Positions 36,373 to 46,437 are shown, counted from the first letter of the stretch. The stretch: 64,000 bases of DNA from Candidatus Neomicrothrix sp. UBA6944 (GCA_002448715.1 DJZU01000095.1:22179-86178), one strand, 5' to 3'. Numbers and translations: made by a program. Notes: generated from the sequence alone by a model not told the origin.

Positions 36373-37182
36373 TTAGCGGTCGAGGGAACCAGTGATCGAC
36401 GATATTGCAAAAGATTGGGTCGCTACCGCCAATAAGGTTCCAGTTCGAGAGAAAATTTCTACGCTTCCATGCCCGATGCTGTTTTCAATAGCAGCTGATC
36501 GAATACAGAGAAGCACCCAGCTGCTTTGTTCCTGGCTTAGTAGTCGCACTGAGTGGTCCAGACTCGAGCCGCGAAAGCCCTTGTCAAGGCTTACCCTCAT
36601 ACCGCTGGGCAGTAGGTCGGCGAGAGCAATCAATCCTTGTGTTGAGGACGCCAGAGTGTCATCAAGTCGAGCCCAGTAGTAGACGTCCTTCTCCCCAGGC
36701 TTTTGCCAAGCTAAACGAATGTCGGCAAAGTCATTGAACGATCTACCACTCTCCGAAGTAGCGCCACGGCTACTGCACTGCTCCGGTTCAGGCACCTCGG
36801 GTGGAGTCGACCACTGTCGGTCGACCTCAAGATCGTGACCGCCTAAAGCAGCTGCAGCACGAAACACTGTGAGCTCGCCATGGCGGCAGGTGACTGCCGC
36901 TTGTGTGATTCTGTTCCCTACTGCGAGTTCCCTTACTTCAATATCAACTTCAGCACCAACCGACGCTCTGGCCAGAAACTGCCCGGATATATATGCCAGT
37001 CGTCGTCCTGTAGTTCTCTCGAGAGCACCCGCGGCAGCAGCGAGACCGCAACCGCCATGGAGCGTGCCGGTAGCGCCAGCGACTTCATCAGTTACCTTGA
37101 GCTTCCAGGCGCCCGGCTCGACCCCTTGATCCAAGGGAGCAATTTGGTTCACTTCGGCGCCTTCTTGCGCAGTCGAACTCAC
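36373..37182 (-). CDS. Acyl-CoA thioesterase (double hotdog, TesB-like)
   Basis: 269 aa with two hotdog-like halves (GTLHGGCGLAAA... and ...SLDHSVR). The assignment is by eye only. Confidence 0.5.
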   Translation of the reverse strand: MSSTAQEGAEVNQIAPLDQGVEPGAWKLKVTDEVAGATGTLHGGCGLAAAAGALERTTGRRLAYISGQFLARASVGAEVDIEVRELAVGNRITQAAVTCRHGELTVFRAAAALGGHDLEVDRQWSTPPEVPEPEQCSSRGATSESGRSFNDFADIRLAWQKPGEKDVYYWARLDDTLASSTQGLIALADLLPSGMRVSLDKGFRGSSLDHSVRLLSQEQSSWVLLCIRSAAIENSIGHGSVEIFSRTGTLLAVATQSFAISSITGSLDR

Positions 37183-37240
37183 TAGATGCCGGGGTGGGTT
37201 TCAAGTCTCACAGTTAGTAGTGCGATAAACATCTCGACAC

Positions 37241-37810
37241 TTACTTCACCCACGGACCGCTTTGTCCACTTTCGTAGTGGTCAGGTCGTATACCGAATGC
37301 TTCAATCATCCGTTGCCAACCGCTCCCGACCGCAAGAAGCGCCCCAAGGCGAAGAATCTCAACTTCCGAAAAATGTTCACGTAAACGTGCGTGAAGTTCG
37401 GCGGGTATTGGGCCCTTAGGGGAACCCGATAGGTGCTCACTGAACTGCACAGCGGCCTTCCAAGCTTCAGGTAAGTCAGAATTTTCATAATCTGAGAGCT
37501 GAGCGACTACCTCATCTGTGAGACCAGAGCGCACCAACGATGCGCTTTTAACCATGCTTCAATGGAAACATTCGTTCACATTTGCCATTCGAATTCGACA
37601 GAGTTCAATCATTTGGCGATCAAGCCCTGACTCGCCGCCGTACATAAGGCCGACCCAACCAAGGAACATTTCTAAGGTCAGGTCATCATTAGCCAGCGTA
37701 CGAAAGAGGTTGTCGTCTTTGTAGGCCTTCGCATACCAGGTCTCAAGCCGCGCTCGCTGGTCGTCGCTTAAATTGTCAAGTTTGGGTAGGTGCCCTAGTT
37801 GATTAGCCAA
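37241..37810 (-). CDS. Carboxymuconolactone decarboxylase (CMD)/AhpD-like protein with in-frame UGA (candidate selenocysteine, C-F-H-U); the ORF track splits it into 37559..37810 and 37241..37555
   Basis: Read-through gives ...LCRIRMANVNECFH-U-SMVKSASLV..., 189 aa. The UGA (37559..37561) falls where the family has the second Cys of CxxC. Both halves look like one CMD domain, and neither half alone is a plausible protein. Confidence 0.75.
37528..37561 (-). promoter_or_regulatory. Candidate SECIS hairpin downstream of the CMD-like UGA
   Basis: mRNA reads UGA AGC AUG GUU AAA AGCGCA UCGUUGG UGCGCU. A perfect 6-bp stem (37546..37541 with 37533..37528) carries a 7-nt G-containing loop and starts 12 nt after UGA. 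Confidence 0.6.
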
Positions 37811-37960
37811 TTCTGTCTCCGAAGGCGCAATAGCTACTTATCCGGCCTCGCAGTTCGCCCAGAAGCGTCCCCGATCACCCGCCTAACTGCATCTTAGAAC
37901 GTACTGGGCAGGCACGTGATGCGCGAGCGCTCTAATCTTGCGACAACGTCTCCTTAAGGA

Positions 37961-39055
37961 ATGCAGATGAAAGCCGCAGTTTTATGTGAACAGCCTGGCG
38001 AATTGGTGATTGAAGATCTCAATATTGACTCGCCCGGGCCCCAAGAGGTCTTGATTCAGACCGTCGGCGCCGGCCTATGTCACTCAGATTTGCACTTTAT
38101 GGAGGGGCTCTTTCGAACGAAGGTTCCGGCTGTCATGGGACATGAATCCGCTGGAATCGTCCAGGCGGTGGGCACAGACGTTAGGTACGTCGAGCCTGGT
38201 GATCATGTAGTTGCTTGCTTGTCCATATTCTGCGGTCAGTGCAGGCAATGCCTCTCAGGTAATCCGCATCGCTGCAGCAACGGACGGGCCACATCCCGTA
38301 ACCGAGACGACTCCCCCAGGCTGCAACGCTCAGATGGCACACCCGTCGACCAGATGGCGCGTCTGGGCGGCTTCGCTGAGGAGATGCTGGTCCACCAAAA
38401 CGGCGTCGTTAAAGTAACCCCGGATATTCCATTAGAAAAAGCATGTCTTATAGGTTGCGGCGTTACTACCGGATTTGGCGCCGCAGTGAGGACTGCCGCA
38501 GTTCCGGTTGGCGCCACGGTCTGTGTTATCGGATGTGGCGGCATTGGATTATCCGCGATTCAAGGTGCTCGAGTAGCCGGAGCCGGTCGCATTATCGCCG
38601 TAGACATGAGCGGGCCGAAGCTCGAAACAGCCCGTTTAATGGGGGCGACGGACACGATAAACGCTGGGGAAGTTGAGGATGTGGTCGGCGCTGTGCGCGA
38701 CCTCACTAAAGGTGGCGTCGAATACAGCTTCGAAGCAATTGGATTGAAGGCCACAGCAGAGCAAGCCTTCGAGATGCTTGATGTTGGAGGGACCGCAACT
38801 GTGATTGGCATGGTCCCTTCAAGCACCAAACTGGAAATCAGAGGAATAGAACTGTTAAGTGAGAAAAAGCTTCAAGGGTCAATGATGGGATCCAATCAGT
38901 TTCGAACTGATATCCCCCAAATGATCGACCTCTATTTGGGTGGTCGCTTACTTCTTGACGAAATGGTGTCAGCCACCATCCCGTTAGAGGAAGTTAACGA
39001 AGGGTACGCCTGGATGAAGGAGGGCACGGTCGCTCGAACAGTGGTTACGTTCTAA
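37961..39055 (+). CDS. Zinc-dependent alcohol dehydrogenase (class III / formaldehyde-dehydrogenase-like)
   Basis: GLCHSDLH, GHESAGIV, the structural Zn Cys cluster CGQCRQC...C, and the Rossmann motif GCGGIGLS are present. Confidence 0.88.
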   Translation: MQMKAAVLCEQPGELVIEDLNIDSPGPQEVLIQTVGAGLCHSDLHFMEGLFRTKVPAVMGHESAGIVQAVGTDVRYVEPGDHVVACLSIFCGQCRQCLSGNPHRCSNGRATSRNRDDSPRLQRSDGTPVDQMARLGGFAEEMLVHQNGVVKVTPDIPLEKACLIGCGVTTGFGAAVRTAAVPVGATVCVIGCGGIGLSAIQGARVAGAGRIIAVDMSGPKLETARLMGATDTINAGEVEDVVGAVRDLTKGGVEYSFEAIGLKATAEQAFEMLDVGGTATVIGMVPSSTKLEIRGIELLSEKKLQGSMMGSNQFRTDIPQMIDLYLGGRLLLDEMVSATIPLEEVNEGYAWMKEGTVARTVVTF

Positions 39056-39068
39056 AACAGAAGCACGC

Positions 39069-40157
39069 TTACGCTTCGCCGATTAGAGCAGCGATATCAC
39101 CCTCTGCCAGACCAGCTCGTGAGGCACTTGACCGGAGCTGATCCATCGTTACCGGATCTACGTCGAAACCCTCAACACGCTCCGTGCGAGCAATTTGCTC
39201 TGGCTGACCGGGCACCAGAATCTGATCGCAATCGCTGCGTAGTCGTGAGTCCAATACAAACTCCCTGAAAAGCTCAATTTCGTCAAAGAACCTTTCGGCT
39301 TCGCCAGTCGCGGCCGGATTGATGATGATTGAAAGCATGCTGTTAATGATGCGTCCGTCACGAGCGTTCTTCGGGTGGGCGGTTTCACCACCGAGCAATG
39401 CTGCGCTGAGCAGTTCGCACATGATTGCTAACCCCGACCCTTTGTGATCTCCAAAAGCCACTAATGCTCCACCTCGCTTTCCAGTCGGATCGGTGTACCA
39501 AAACGCATTTGGGTCGTCAGTCAAATTGCCGTCTACATCGATAATGGTGTTAGGCGGGACCTTGACGCCCTTATTTGCTGCGACTCGTGCTTTTCCCCCA
39601 GCAATGATACTCGTAGCCATATCCAGCAAAAATCCGGGCCGGCCATCCCTGCCTGGCACTGCCGCGCAGAACGGATTCGTGCCAAATCGGGCTTCAGCAC
39701 CACCATATGCAGCAACAAGTGGCGGGTGACCAATCACGTTGACTAAATGAAGCGAAGCGTAACCGCCAGCCGCACACTGTTCCGCCCAGTGGCCGATTCG
39801 GCCAATGTGGTAGCTATTACGAAGTCCCACCACAGCTACACCATGTTCTGCGGCGCGCTCCATTCCCATCGACATAGCCTCATAACCATTGACTTGCCCG
39901 TAACCAGCGTTGCCATCCAATGTCAACAGGGCACCACTGTCGACCACCACTGTTGGGTGACTGTTTACGGTAAGACGACCATTTACTACACCATCAACGT
40001 ACGACGGCAACATACCGACTCCATGGGAGTCATGACCCGCGAGATTGGCCTCGACGAGTTGATCAGCAACCAACTCCGCTTCTCGAGCTTCGCTTCCTAG
40101 GGCTTGGCAAGTTTGGACAATGAAGTTACGGATTTGGTCTGGGTGAAGCGTCGGCAC
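39069..40157 (-). CDS. Ldh_2 family (malate/L-lactate/ureidoglycolate-type) oxidoreductase
   Basis: AGHDSHGV motif and 362 aa length. Confidence 0.72.
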   Translation of the reverse strand: MPTLHPDQIRNFIVQTCQALGSEAREAELVADQLVEANLAGHDSHGVGMLPSYVDGVVNGRLTVNSHPTVVVDSGALLTLDGNAGYGQVNGYEAMSMGMERAAEHGVAVVGLRNSYHIGRIGHWAEQCAAGGYASLHLVNVIGHPPLVAAYGGAEARFGTNPFCAAVPGRDGRPGFLLDMATSIIAGGKARVAANKGVKVPPNTIIDVDGNLTDDPNAFWYTDPTGKRGGALVAFGDHKGSGLAIMCELLSAALLGGETAHPKNARDGRIINSMLSIIINPAATGEAERFFDEIELFREFVLDSRLRSDCDQILVPGQPEQIARTERVEGFDVDPVTMDQLRSSASRAGLAEGDIAALIGEA

Positions 40158-40180
40158 ACTAAGACATTAGTAGGTGACAG

Positions 40181-41077
40181 TTAGGGCAGGATCTCCGTAG
40201 CTTCCAAATAGCCGGGCTCAAGAATCTCTACCGTTTGGTTTGCCTTACGAATTTCTTCGACGATGGGGCCAGTGTTGACCGGAATCGAAAATCCGGGAAG
40301 CCAATCATCGTGATGCCCAAACACCACTTTTTGGGGATTAAGGAGCTCTACTTGCTGGGCAACGAATTCCGCCAGAGAGCCTTGTATCGGTTCACCATCG
40401 ATGTTTCCGCGTCCAGCCGCAGCCAGGATCGCGACATCTGGGCGAATTCGACCCAGAATGCCGTCGTATCGGCCCGAAGTGTCTTGAAACAGAACCGACC
40501 CATCGGGACTTTCGATTAGGTACAGCAAGGCGCCGCCGTCACCGCGATCGCTATGGCCCGGTGCGGAGTCTTCGAGATGTGTTTGCACAGCGGTGGTGGT
40601 CTCGGACATCAGATAGGACATTAAGTCAGCCATCCGCGCTTGCTGTTCTTGCCAACTCACGCCGAGATCCCCTATGCACACAACGTCCGGTTCGTCCATC
40701 TGAGCGTGGGACCACACACAGGAGTGTTGACTCGGGTAAACCGAGACCGTTACCTCGGGAGACAACTGAATTGTTTCCCCTCCAGCAACACAAATCATGC
40801 GGTCCAGCGGAACACCCGCCTGCTCCATCACACGGACCGACTCATAGGACGCAACGAGCGTCGCGTCTGTGTTAGCGATGATACGTTCGGCACCCCACAA
40901 ATGGTCAAAGTGACTATGCCCGACCAGTATGTAATCCGCCTCTGTGATGTCTGATGCCGTAAGCCCCGTTCCTTGCGCTCCGACGGGTCTGTCTACATAG
41001 GCATCCAAAAAAATTGTTAATCCCGCCGTACGAAGTGAGAATGTTGCGCAGCCATACCAATCCAAAGTTGTAGCCAT
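40181..41077 (-). CDS. MBL-fold metallo-hydrolase
   Basis: HxHxDH motif VGHSHFDHLWG. Confidence 0.82.
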   Translation of the reverse strand: MATTLDWYGCATFSLRTAGLTIFLDAYVDRPVGAQGTGLTASDITEADYILVGHSHFDHLWGAERIIANTDATLVASYESVRVMEQAGVPLDRMICVAGGETIQLSPEVTVSVYPSQHSCVWSHAQMDEPDVVCIGDLGVSWQEQQARMADLMSYLMSETTTAVQTHLEDSAPGHSDRGDGGALLYLIESPDGSVLFQDTSGRYDGILGRIRPDVAILAAAGRGNIDGEPIQGSLAEFVAQQVELLNPQKVVFGHHDDWLPGFSIPVNTGPIVEEIRKANQTVEILEPGYLEATEILP

Positions 41078-41108
41078 GTGTGCAACCTAGACCAATTGTT
41101 TCGCGGGA

Positions 41109-41882
41109 GTGAACGAGACGATGCCCTCAACACATAAGAGATGGAAGCCTACTTTGCGTCGCTTTGGGGTTACCTTCTTGCTGTGTTGCTGTCTTCTAAT
41201 GGGCGGGTGTCGACATTCCGAGAAGGATTTTAAGATATTTGTTGCTTCCTCAATGACTGAATTCGTTGACATCTTGCTTCCAGAGTTGACCGATCGATAT
41301 CCGGGACTTCAGGTGCAGATCAACATCGCTGGCAGCGGCACTTTGGTGAACCAAATCGTTGAGGGCGCTGATGCCGATGTCGTCTTATTGGCCGGAGCCA
41401 ACCACATGGCGCGACTTCAGGCTGAGAACGCGTTTCTTCCCCCAGTGCCCATCGCCCGCAACAGCCTTACGGTTGTCGTCAGTTCAAACCTTGCCGAAAG
41501 CGTGACAACTATTTCAGATCTGCGAGATGCTGGGTTACAGGGCGCTGTGTGTGTGCCAGGCGCGCCCTGTGGCGAGTTGGCGGTTGCATTTGCCAGAGCA
41601 GTTAATCTTGATTTGTCCAATGCAACTAGGGAGCCGAACGTCAAGGCAGTGCTATCTAAGGTGGTTAGAGGAGAGGTCGACTACGGGTTCGTTTATCGTT
41701 CCGATGCACTAATGGCCGCCAACGAGGTGAAGGCAATTGAGGCTGAGGGGTTAGATTCGTTCACCACGTCATACTCCCTTGCGTTGAAAAATTCCGACGA
41801 GGTCTCCGTTTCATTCCTTGAGGTTGTCACCCAATCGAAAGTGTCAAGGGTCCTAGAGGAACTCGGGTTTCTAAGTCGATGA
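41109..41882 (+). CDS. modA: Molybdate ABC transporter substrate-binding lipoprotein
   Basis: Lipobox LLMGGC and ModA-like motifs (FVASS..., AGSGTLVNQI) are present. It is followed by modBC with overlapping stops and starts. Confidence 0.8.
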   Translation: MNETMPSTHKRWKPTLRRFGVTFLLCCCLLMGGCRHSEKDFKIFVASSMTEFVDILLPELTDRYPGLQVQINIAGSGTLVNQIVEGADADVVLLAGANHMARLQAENAFLPPVPIARNSLTVVVSSNLAESVTTISDLRDAGLQGAVCVPGAPCGELAVAFARAVNLDLSNATREPNVKAVLSKVVRGEVDYGFVYRSDALMAANEVKAIEAEGLDSFTTSYSLALKNSDEVSVSFLEVVTQSKVSRVLEELGFLSR

Positions 41883-42661
41883 GGAGTCAACTGCCCTTGC
41901 GTATTCGCGTAGTTGCACTTTTGGTGGTGGCGCTCGTCGCAGCGCCTGTTATTTCACTTTTGTGGCGGGTTCCTTGGTCGCGAATGAGCTCTCTACTGAC
42001 GGAAGAAGTAGTTACAGATGCCATCTCGTTATCGCTAATCTCAAGTGTCCTGGCGGCAGTCGTCGCATTGACACTGGGCGTACCGGTGGCACTGCTTCTT
42101 TCTCGAATGGAAGGTGTACTTGCGTCAATCACGAGAGCGTTGATGATGCTTCCAATGGTGCTTCCTCCGGTTGTCGGTGGCGCCGCACTCTTATTTGCCT
42201 TTGGGCGAAGAGGAACGCTCGGAGCGGCCCTTGAAGAAGTTAGCGGACTGGTGCTTCCATATTCACTTGCTGGTGTTGTCCTGGCTAACGCGTTCGTCGC
42301 CTTGCCTTTCGTGGTGTTGACGATTGAAGGATCCCTTCGCACTTTGGATCCGCGCTTCGAACTCGCGGCAGCATCTCTCGGCGCGAATCAATTTCACACG
42401 ACAGTAAAAGTTGTCCTTCCAATGGTGAGGAGTTCCCTAATAGCCGCTGGTTTTCTTGCTTGGGCTCGCGCCCTTGGCGAGTTTGGAGCGACAATTACCT
42501 TCGCTGGCAATGTTCCTGGCAAGACCCAAACCCTACCCCTGGCGGTTTTCGTGGCAATGGAAACCGACCAGGAGGCAGCACTGGTGATGAGCGTGGTCTT
42601 AATTTTGGTCTCGCTGGTAGTTCTGCTTACCATGCGCGATAGGTGGTGGCCTTCGCGATGA
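41879..42661 (+). CDS. modB: Molybdate ABC transporter permease
   Basis: Polytopic protein with EAA-type loop ELAAASLGANQFHTTVKVVLP. Confidence 0.85.
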   Translation: MRSQLPLRIRVVALLVVALVAAPVISLLWRVPWSRMSSLLTEEVVTDAISLSLISSVLAAVVALTLGVPVALLLSRMEGVLASITRALMMLPMVLPPVVGGAALLFAFGRRGTLGAALEEVSGLVLPYSLAGVVLANAFVALPFVVLTIEGSLRTLDPRFELAAASLGANQFHTTVKVVLPMVRSSLIAAGFLAWARALGEFGATITFAGNVPGKTQTLPLAVFVAMETDQEAALVMSVVLILVSLVVLLTMRDRWWPSR

Positions 42662-43719
42662 ATGAAATCAACCGGCCTCTTCTGGACGCCCACGTTGTCG
42701 TCGAACGCGGCGATCTCCTACTTGACGTGGCACTACGGGTCGCTCCGGGCGAGACCATTGCACTAATGGGCCCCAATGGAGCGGGCAAGACAAGCCTTCT
42801 GTATTCATTGTTCGGTTGGTTACCGCTTCGATCAGGATGGATCCTCCTCGACGGCCAAACGCTTGACGCACCAGGGGAAGATCGCTCAGTGCCACCGCAT
42901 CTTAGGAACCTAGGGATGGTGTTCGACGATGGACTCCTCTTCCCCCACATGACCGTAGGACAAAATCTGGCTTTTGGATCTGACACTAAACTCGTCGACC
43001 CCGATTTGGTTGAACTTCTTGAATTAGCGCCTCTAGTCGCGAAGCAGATCCACCATCTGTCAGCCGGCCAGCGCCAGAGGGTCGCCTTAGCTCGAACTCT
43101 TTTAGCTAAACCCAAGATGGTGCTACTAGATGAGCCTCTTTCCTCACTTGACCCCAGTGCGCGAGGTCAGGCTAGGGACCTCATCAAATCAGCGTTTGAT
43201 TCTCAACTTTCAGGCGCATTATTGGTCACCCATGATCCTGCGGACGCGTTCACACTGGCCGATCGGGTCATGGTATTAGAGAATGGCAAAGTCTCCCAGT
43301 TTGATTCTCTAACGGCGCTCAGCACGCAGCCATCAACGCCTTGGATAGCGAGTTTGATTGGCTGGAACTTTTTCACAGGCTCCGCGAGAGACAGCATTGT
43401 TGTCCTACCTGACGGAATCGAAATCGCTACGTCACACTCTGGACTAAGCGGCGAAATGACAGTGGCGATCAACCCAGGGTCGGTGTCGCTGTTTCTCGAG
43501 TCACCAGGCGGTAGTCCACGCAACAACTGGCGCTGCGAAGTATCCAATGTTCAGTTTGTAGGACAGGTGGCGCGGGTAACACTCTCAGGGGTCATGCAAA
43601 TCCACGCCGACATCACAAAGGCTGCCGCAGCAGAGTTAGGACTTCATCAAGGGCTTGAGCTCTGGGCGTCCGTAAAGGCCACCGAGGTACTCGTTCAAGG
43701 ATCCAGTCGCCCAAGCTGA
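42658..43719 (+). CDS. modC: Molybdate ABC transporter ATP-binding protein with a C-terminal TOBE/Mop-like domain
   Basis: Walker A GPNGAGKTS, signature LSAGQRQRVALAR and Walker B LLDEPLSSLD are present. ATG 42658 overlaps the modB stop (ATGA). Confidence 0.85.
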   Translation: MNEINRPLLDAHVVVERGDLLLDVALRVAPGETIALMGPNGAGKTSLLYSLFGWLPLRSGWILLDGQTLDAPGEDRSVPPHLRNLGMVFDDGLLFPHMTVGQNLAFGSDTKLVDPDLVELLELAPLVAKQIHHLSAGQRQRVALARTLLAKPKMVLLDEPLSSLDPSARGQARDLIKSAFDSQLSGALLVTHDPADAFTLADRVMVLENGKVSQFDSLTALSTQPSTPWIASLIGWNFFTGSARDSIVVLPDGIEIATSHSGLSGEMTVAINPGSVSLFLESPGGSPRNNWRCEVSNVQFVGQVARVTLSGVMQIHADITKAAAAELGLHQGLELWASVKATEVLVQGSSRPS

Positions 43720-43751
43720 CTTTCGCGCCGTCGACCCTAGTTACCCGACTG

Positions 43752-44564
43752 ATGAATCCAGGTTTTACTACGGTCTCAGGCATGAAGATTGATGAGCTAT
43801 TTGACGTTGATGGAAAAATCGCCATCGTTAGTGGTGGAAGTCGAGGCATTGGTTACATGATCAGTGAGGGGCTTGTTCGCAACGGAGTTACGGTCTACAT
43901 CACTTCTCGGAAAGAAAATGATTGCATCGAAGCGGCCTCACAGTTAAGTGACTATGGCTCTTGCACCGCAATTCCCGCCGACCTGAGTGACGAGGAAAGT
44001 TTGGCCAAATTTGTTGCGGAATTCCGGACCCACGAAAGTCACCTTGACCTGCTCGTGAATAACGCTGGCGCAGCCTGGGGGGCACCTTTGGGAGATTTTC
44101 CGGCAAGTGGTTTCGACAAAGTCCTCAACGTCAACGTCAAAGCACCCTTCATGTTGACGCAAGCTCTACTTCCAGAGTTGAGTGCTTCAGCATCACCAGA
44201 AATGCCTTCACGTGTGATCATGATCGGATCTATCGATGGTGTACGCGTTCCTTTTGGCGACAATTACTCATATTCAGCATCGAAAGCCGGCTTGCACATG
44301 ATGACCCGACACCTGGCTCATCACTTGACCAAAGAACACATAAACGTCAACACCATTGCCCCCGGACCCTTTGAGTCAAAGATGATGAGTTACGTGCTCG
44401 ACGACCCCACGAGACGGGCCGGCGTAATAGCGTCGACTCCACTCGGTCGAATCGGGACGCCAGAAGACATCGTTGGCGCCACTATTTTTCTGGCCAGCCG
44501 AGCGGGCTCTTGGCTTACCGGCATCACTCTCCCAGTTGACGGCGGAATCTCGACGCATGGCTGA
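43752..44564 (+). CDS. Short-chain dehydrogenase/reductase
   Basis: VSGGSRGIG, NNAG and YSASKAG are present. Confidence 0.88.
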   Translation: MNPGFTTVSGMKIDELFDVDGKIAIVSGGSRGIGYMISEGLVRNGVTVYITSRKENDCIEAASQLSDYGSCTAIPADLSDEESLAKFVAEFRTHESHLDLLVNNAGAAWGAPLGDFPASGFDKVLNVNVKAPFMLTQALLPELSASASPEMPSRVIMIGSIDGVRVPFGDNYSYSASKAGLHMMTRHLAHHLTKEHINVNTIAPGPFESKMMSYVLDDPTRRAGVIASTPLGRIGTPEDIVGATIFLASRAGSWLTGITLPVDGGISTHG

Positions 44565-45108
44565 CACTCGTAAAGTCGCGTTTTTAGTGGGGAGCCTGCG
44601 ATCGGCTTCCCTCAATAGAGCCGCAGCGCTTCATGCCCACGGGTTTTTTCGCGATGACACCGCCGTGACAACCCCCGATCTTGCTGAAATTCCAGCGTTC
44701 AACCAGGACCTCGAAGCAAGCGGCACTCCCGCTGTAGTCACCGACTTGAAGAACGAGGTGGCACGAAGCGACATGGTCGTCATCTTTAGTCCTGAATACA
44801 ACTACGGAATTCCAGGCCTTCTCAAAAACGCTATTGACTGGCTGTCTCGGCCATTTCAAGCCGGAAGTCTCATAGGCCGGGCTGTAGGCATAGTGTGTGT
44901 TTCCCCAAGTTCTCGCGGCGGTGAGAACGTTCGCGAGCAGCTGCTTCGCACCTGTCAAATATTGACCGATCGAACATACGGAACCACGTTAGGTATCGGT
45001 GGAGTTACAGAGTTAAACGATGGCGTACTTCCTGAAGATGCCACCCGTGCGCTTGACAAGTGGATGAAATCGTTCACCCTCTACGCGACAAGCCAGACAT
45101 CACTCTAA
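44557..45108 (+). CDS. NADPH-dependent FMN reductase family protein
   Basis: MADTRKVAFLVGSLRSASLN N-terminus and SPEYNYGIPGLLKNAIDW are present. The ATG overlaps the SDR stop. Confidence 0.78.
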   Translation: MADTRKVAFLVGSLRSASLNRAAALHAHGFFRDDTAVTTPDLAEIPAFNQDLEASGTPAVVTDLKNEVARSDMVVIFSPEYNYGIPGLLKNAIDWLSRPFQAGSLIGRAVGIVCVSPSSRGGENVREQLLRTCQILTDRTYGTTLGIGGVTELNDGVLPEDATRALDKWMKSFTLYATSQTSL

Positions 45109-45135
45109 GAGTCGCCCCGTAGGCGCCTTTCGTTC

Positions 45136-46260
45136 CTATTTCTTGATAGTCGTCCATTCCGTCCGTTGGCTGTCATCGAAACTGGATGAGTACCTGTCTG
45201 TCAGCCCTGAATCTACCTGGAACGCGATCTCTGACACCTTCACCATGGCGTCCTTCCATACCGATATGAGCTGTTCTTCGCCTTCATAGTCGAATAGATC
45301 CGACAGCGAACGTTCCGCCGAGCCTCCAGCTTCTAAGGGGTGTTCGACCAGGTGCTTCGCTGTCACTGACAACGCTTCGATAGGGTCGATTAAGTCGCGA
45401 TAGCCGAGGTCAAACATTGCCTTCTCGCACGAGGTCACTCGATGATGGGGCGTGCCTCGAACAGTCAAACGTTGCGCAAGGGTCGCATACTCCCAGGGGA
45501 GGCTGACTATTTCGAATTCGTGATCAAGTGCATCCGCGATTATCTCAACCCATTGCAGCAGCGTCGGAGTCCATTCGTCTGAGGCGTTGTAGACCTCGCC
45601 AGATGCGACTTCTGGGCTGTCTACGACAGTCAGTAATAGGTGGGCCGCGTTGATGGCGTAAGCGCGGGATTGAAGCGTCATTCCACCATCTGGAAGAATC
45701 AGATACTTTCTCTTGTCCATAACTCGACGCACGATCGACCATTCCAAACTCGCTACCTGCCCAGGCCCGTAAATCCACGGGTAGCGAAGGTGCGAGGCTG
45801 TCGGGTGGAAATCGAATACCGCCACTTCAGTTCGGGCAATATTGGCTACTTTACGATTAACCGCGAAACCAGGCTCCTCGTTGATCACGAGGCGCGACCA
45901 CTCGCGCGTAGGCACGCGCATCCCAGCAGGCCAAAGCGCATCAGCGTCGCCCCAACCCGTATAGGCCGGAACCCCACCGACGCTGATGAAACGATCCACT
46001 CGGCCTTGAAGGAGCTCCGCAAGTTCTCGAAGGCGCCCATACATAACAATGGCGAGATCAAACTTTCGTTCGCCCAACGCACTGGCGGTCTCATCTACGT
46101 CAAACGGATTGGTATGGATGTGCTCCACCGAATCCGGAATTTGGTCGGACTCATGTGCACCTGTATGCAGAATCGCAACCTCGTAGCCACGATCAAGAAG
46201 GCCATTGACAATGTGAGGACCGGTTGGACCGGTTCCCCCTACGACCAAAGCAGTAGCCAT
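45136..46260 (-). CDS. NAD-dependent epimerase/dehydratase family protein
   Basis: N-terminal VVGGTGPTGPHIV Rossmann motif. 374 aa. Confidence 0.65.
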   Translation of the reverse strand: MATALVVGGTGPTGPHIVNGLLDRGYEVAILHTGAHESDQIPDSVEHIHTNPFDVDETASALGERKFDLAIVMYGRLRELAELLQGRVDRFISVGGVPAYTGWGDADALWPAGMRVPTREWSRLVINEEPGFAVNRKVANIARTEVAVFDFHPTASHLRYPWIYGPGQVASLEWSIVRRVMDKRKYLILPDGGMTLQSRAYAINAAHLLLTVVDSPEVASGEVYNASDEWTPTLLQWVEIIADALDHEFEIVSLPWEYATLAQRLTVRGTPHHRVTSCEKAMFDLGYRDLIDPIEALSVTAKHLVEHPLEAGGSAERSLSDLFDYEGEEQLISVWKDAMVKVSEIAFQVDSGLTDRYSSSFDDSQRTEWTTIKK

Positions 46261-46437
46261 TTCAATACCTCCAGAACATTCGCCACTTGAGCATAGATCT
46301 CATCGTCACGAGACTCTTCGGATTACGAGTAGGCAACAATGTGAGCACCCGATCCTCAATCGCGAGGCTCCAGCCCAGTCGCGGAATTACCGTGCGATGA
46401 GTTCGATTACCACCTCGGAAGGGTCTACGATCAAATC

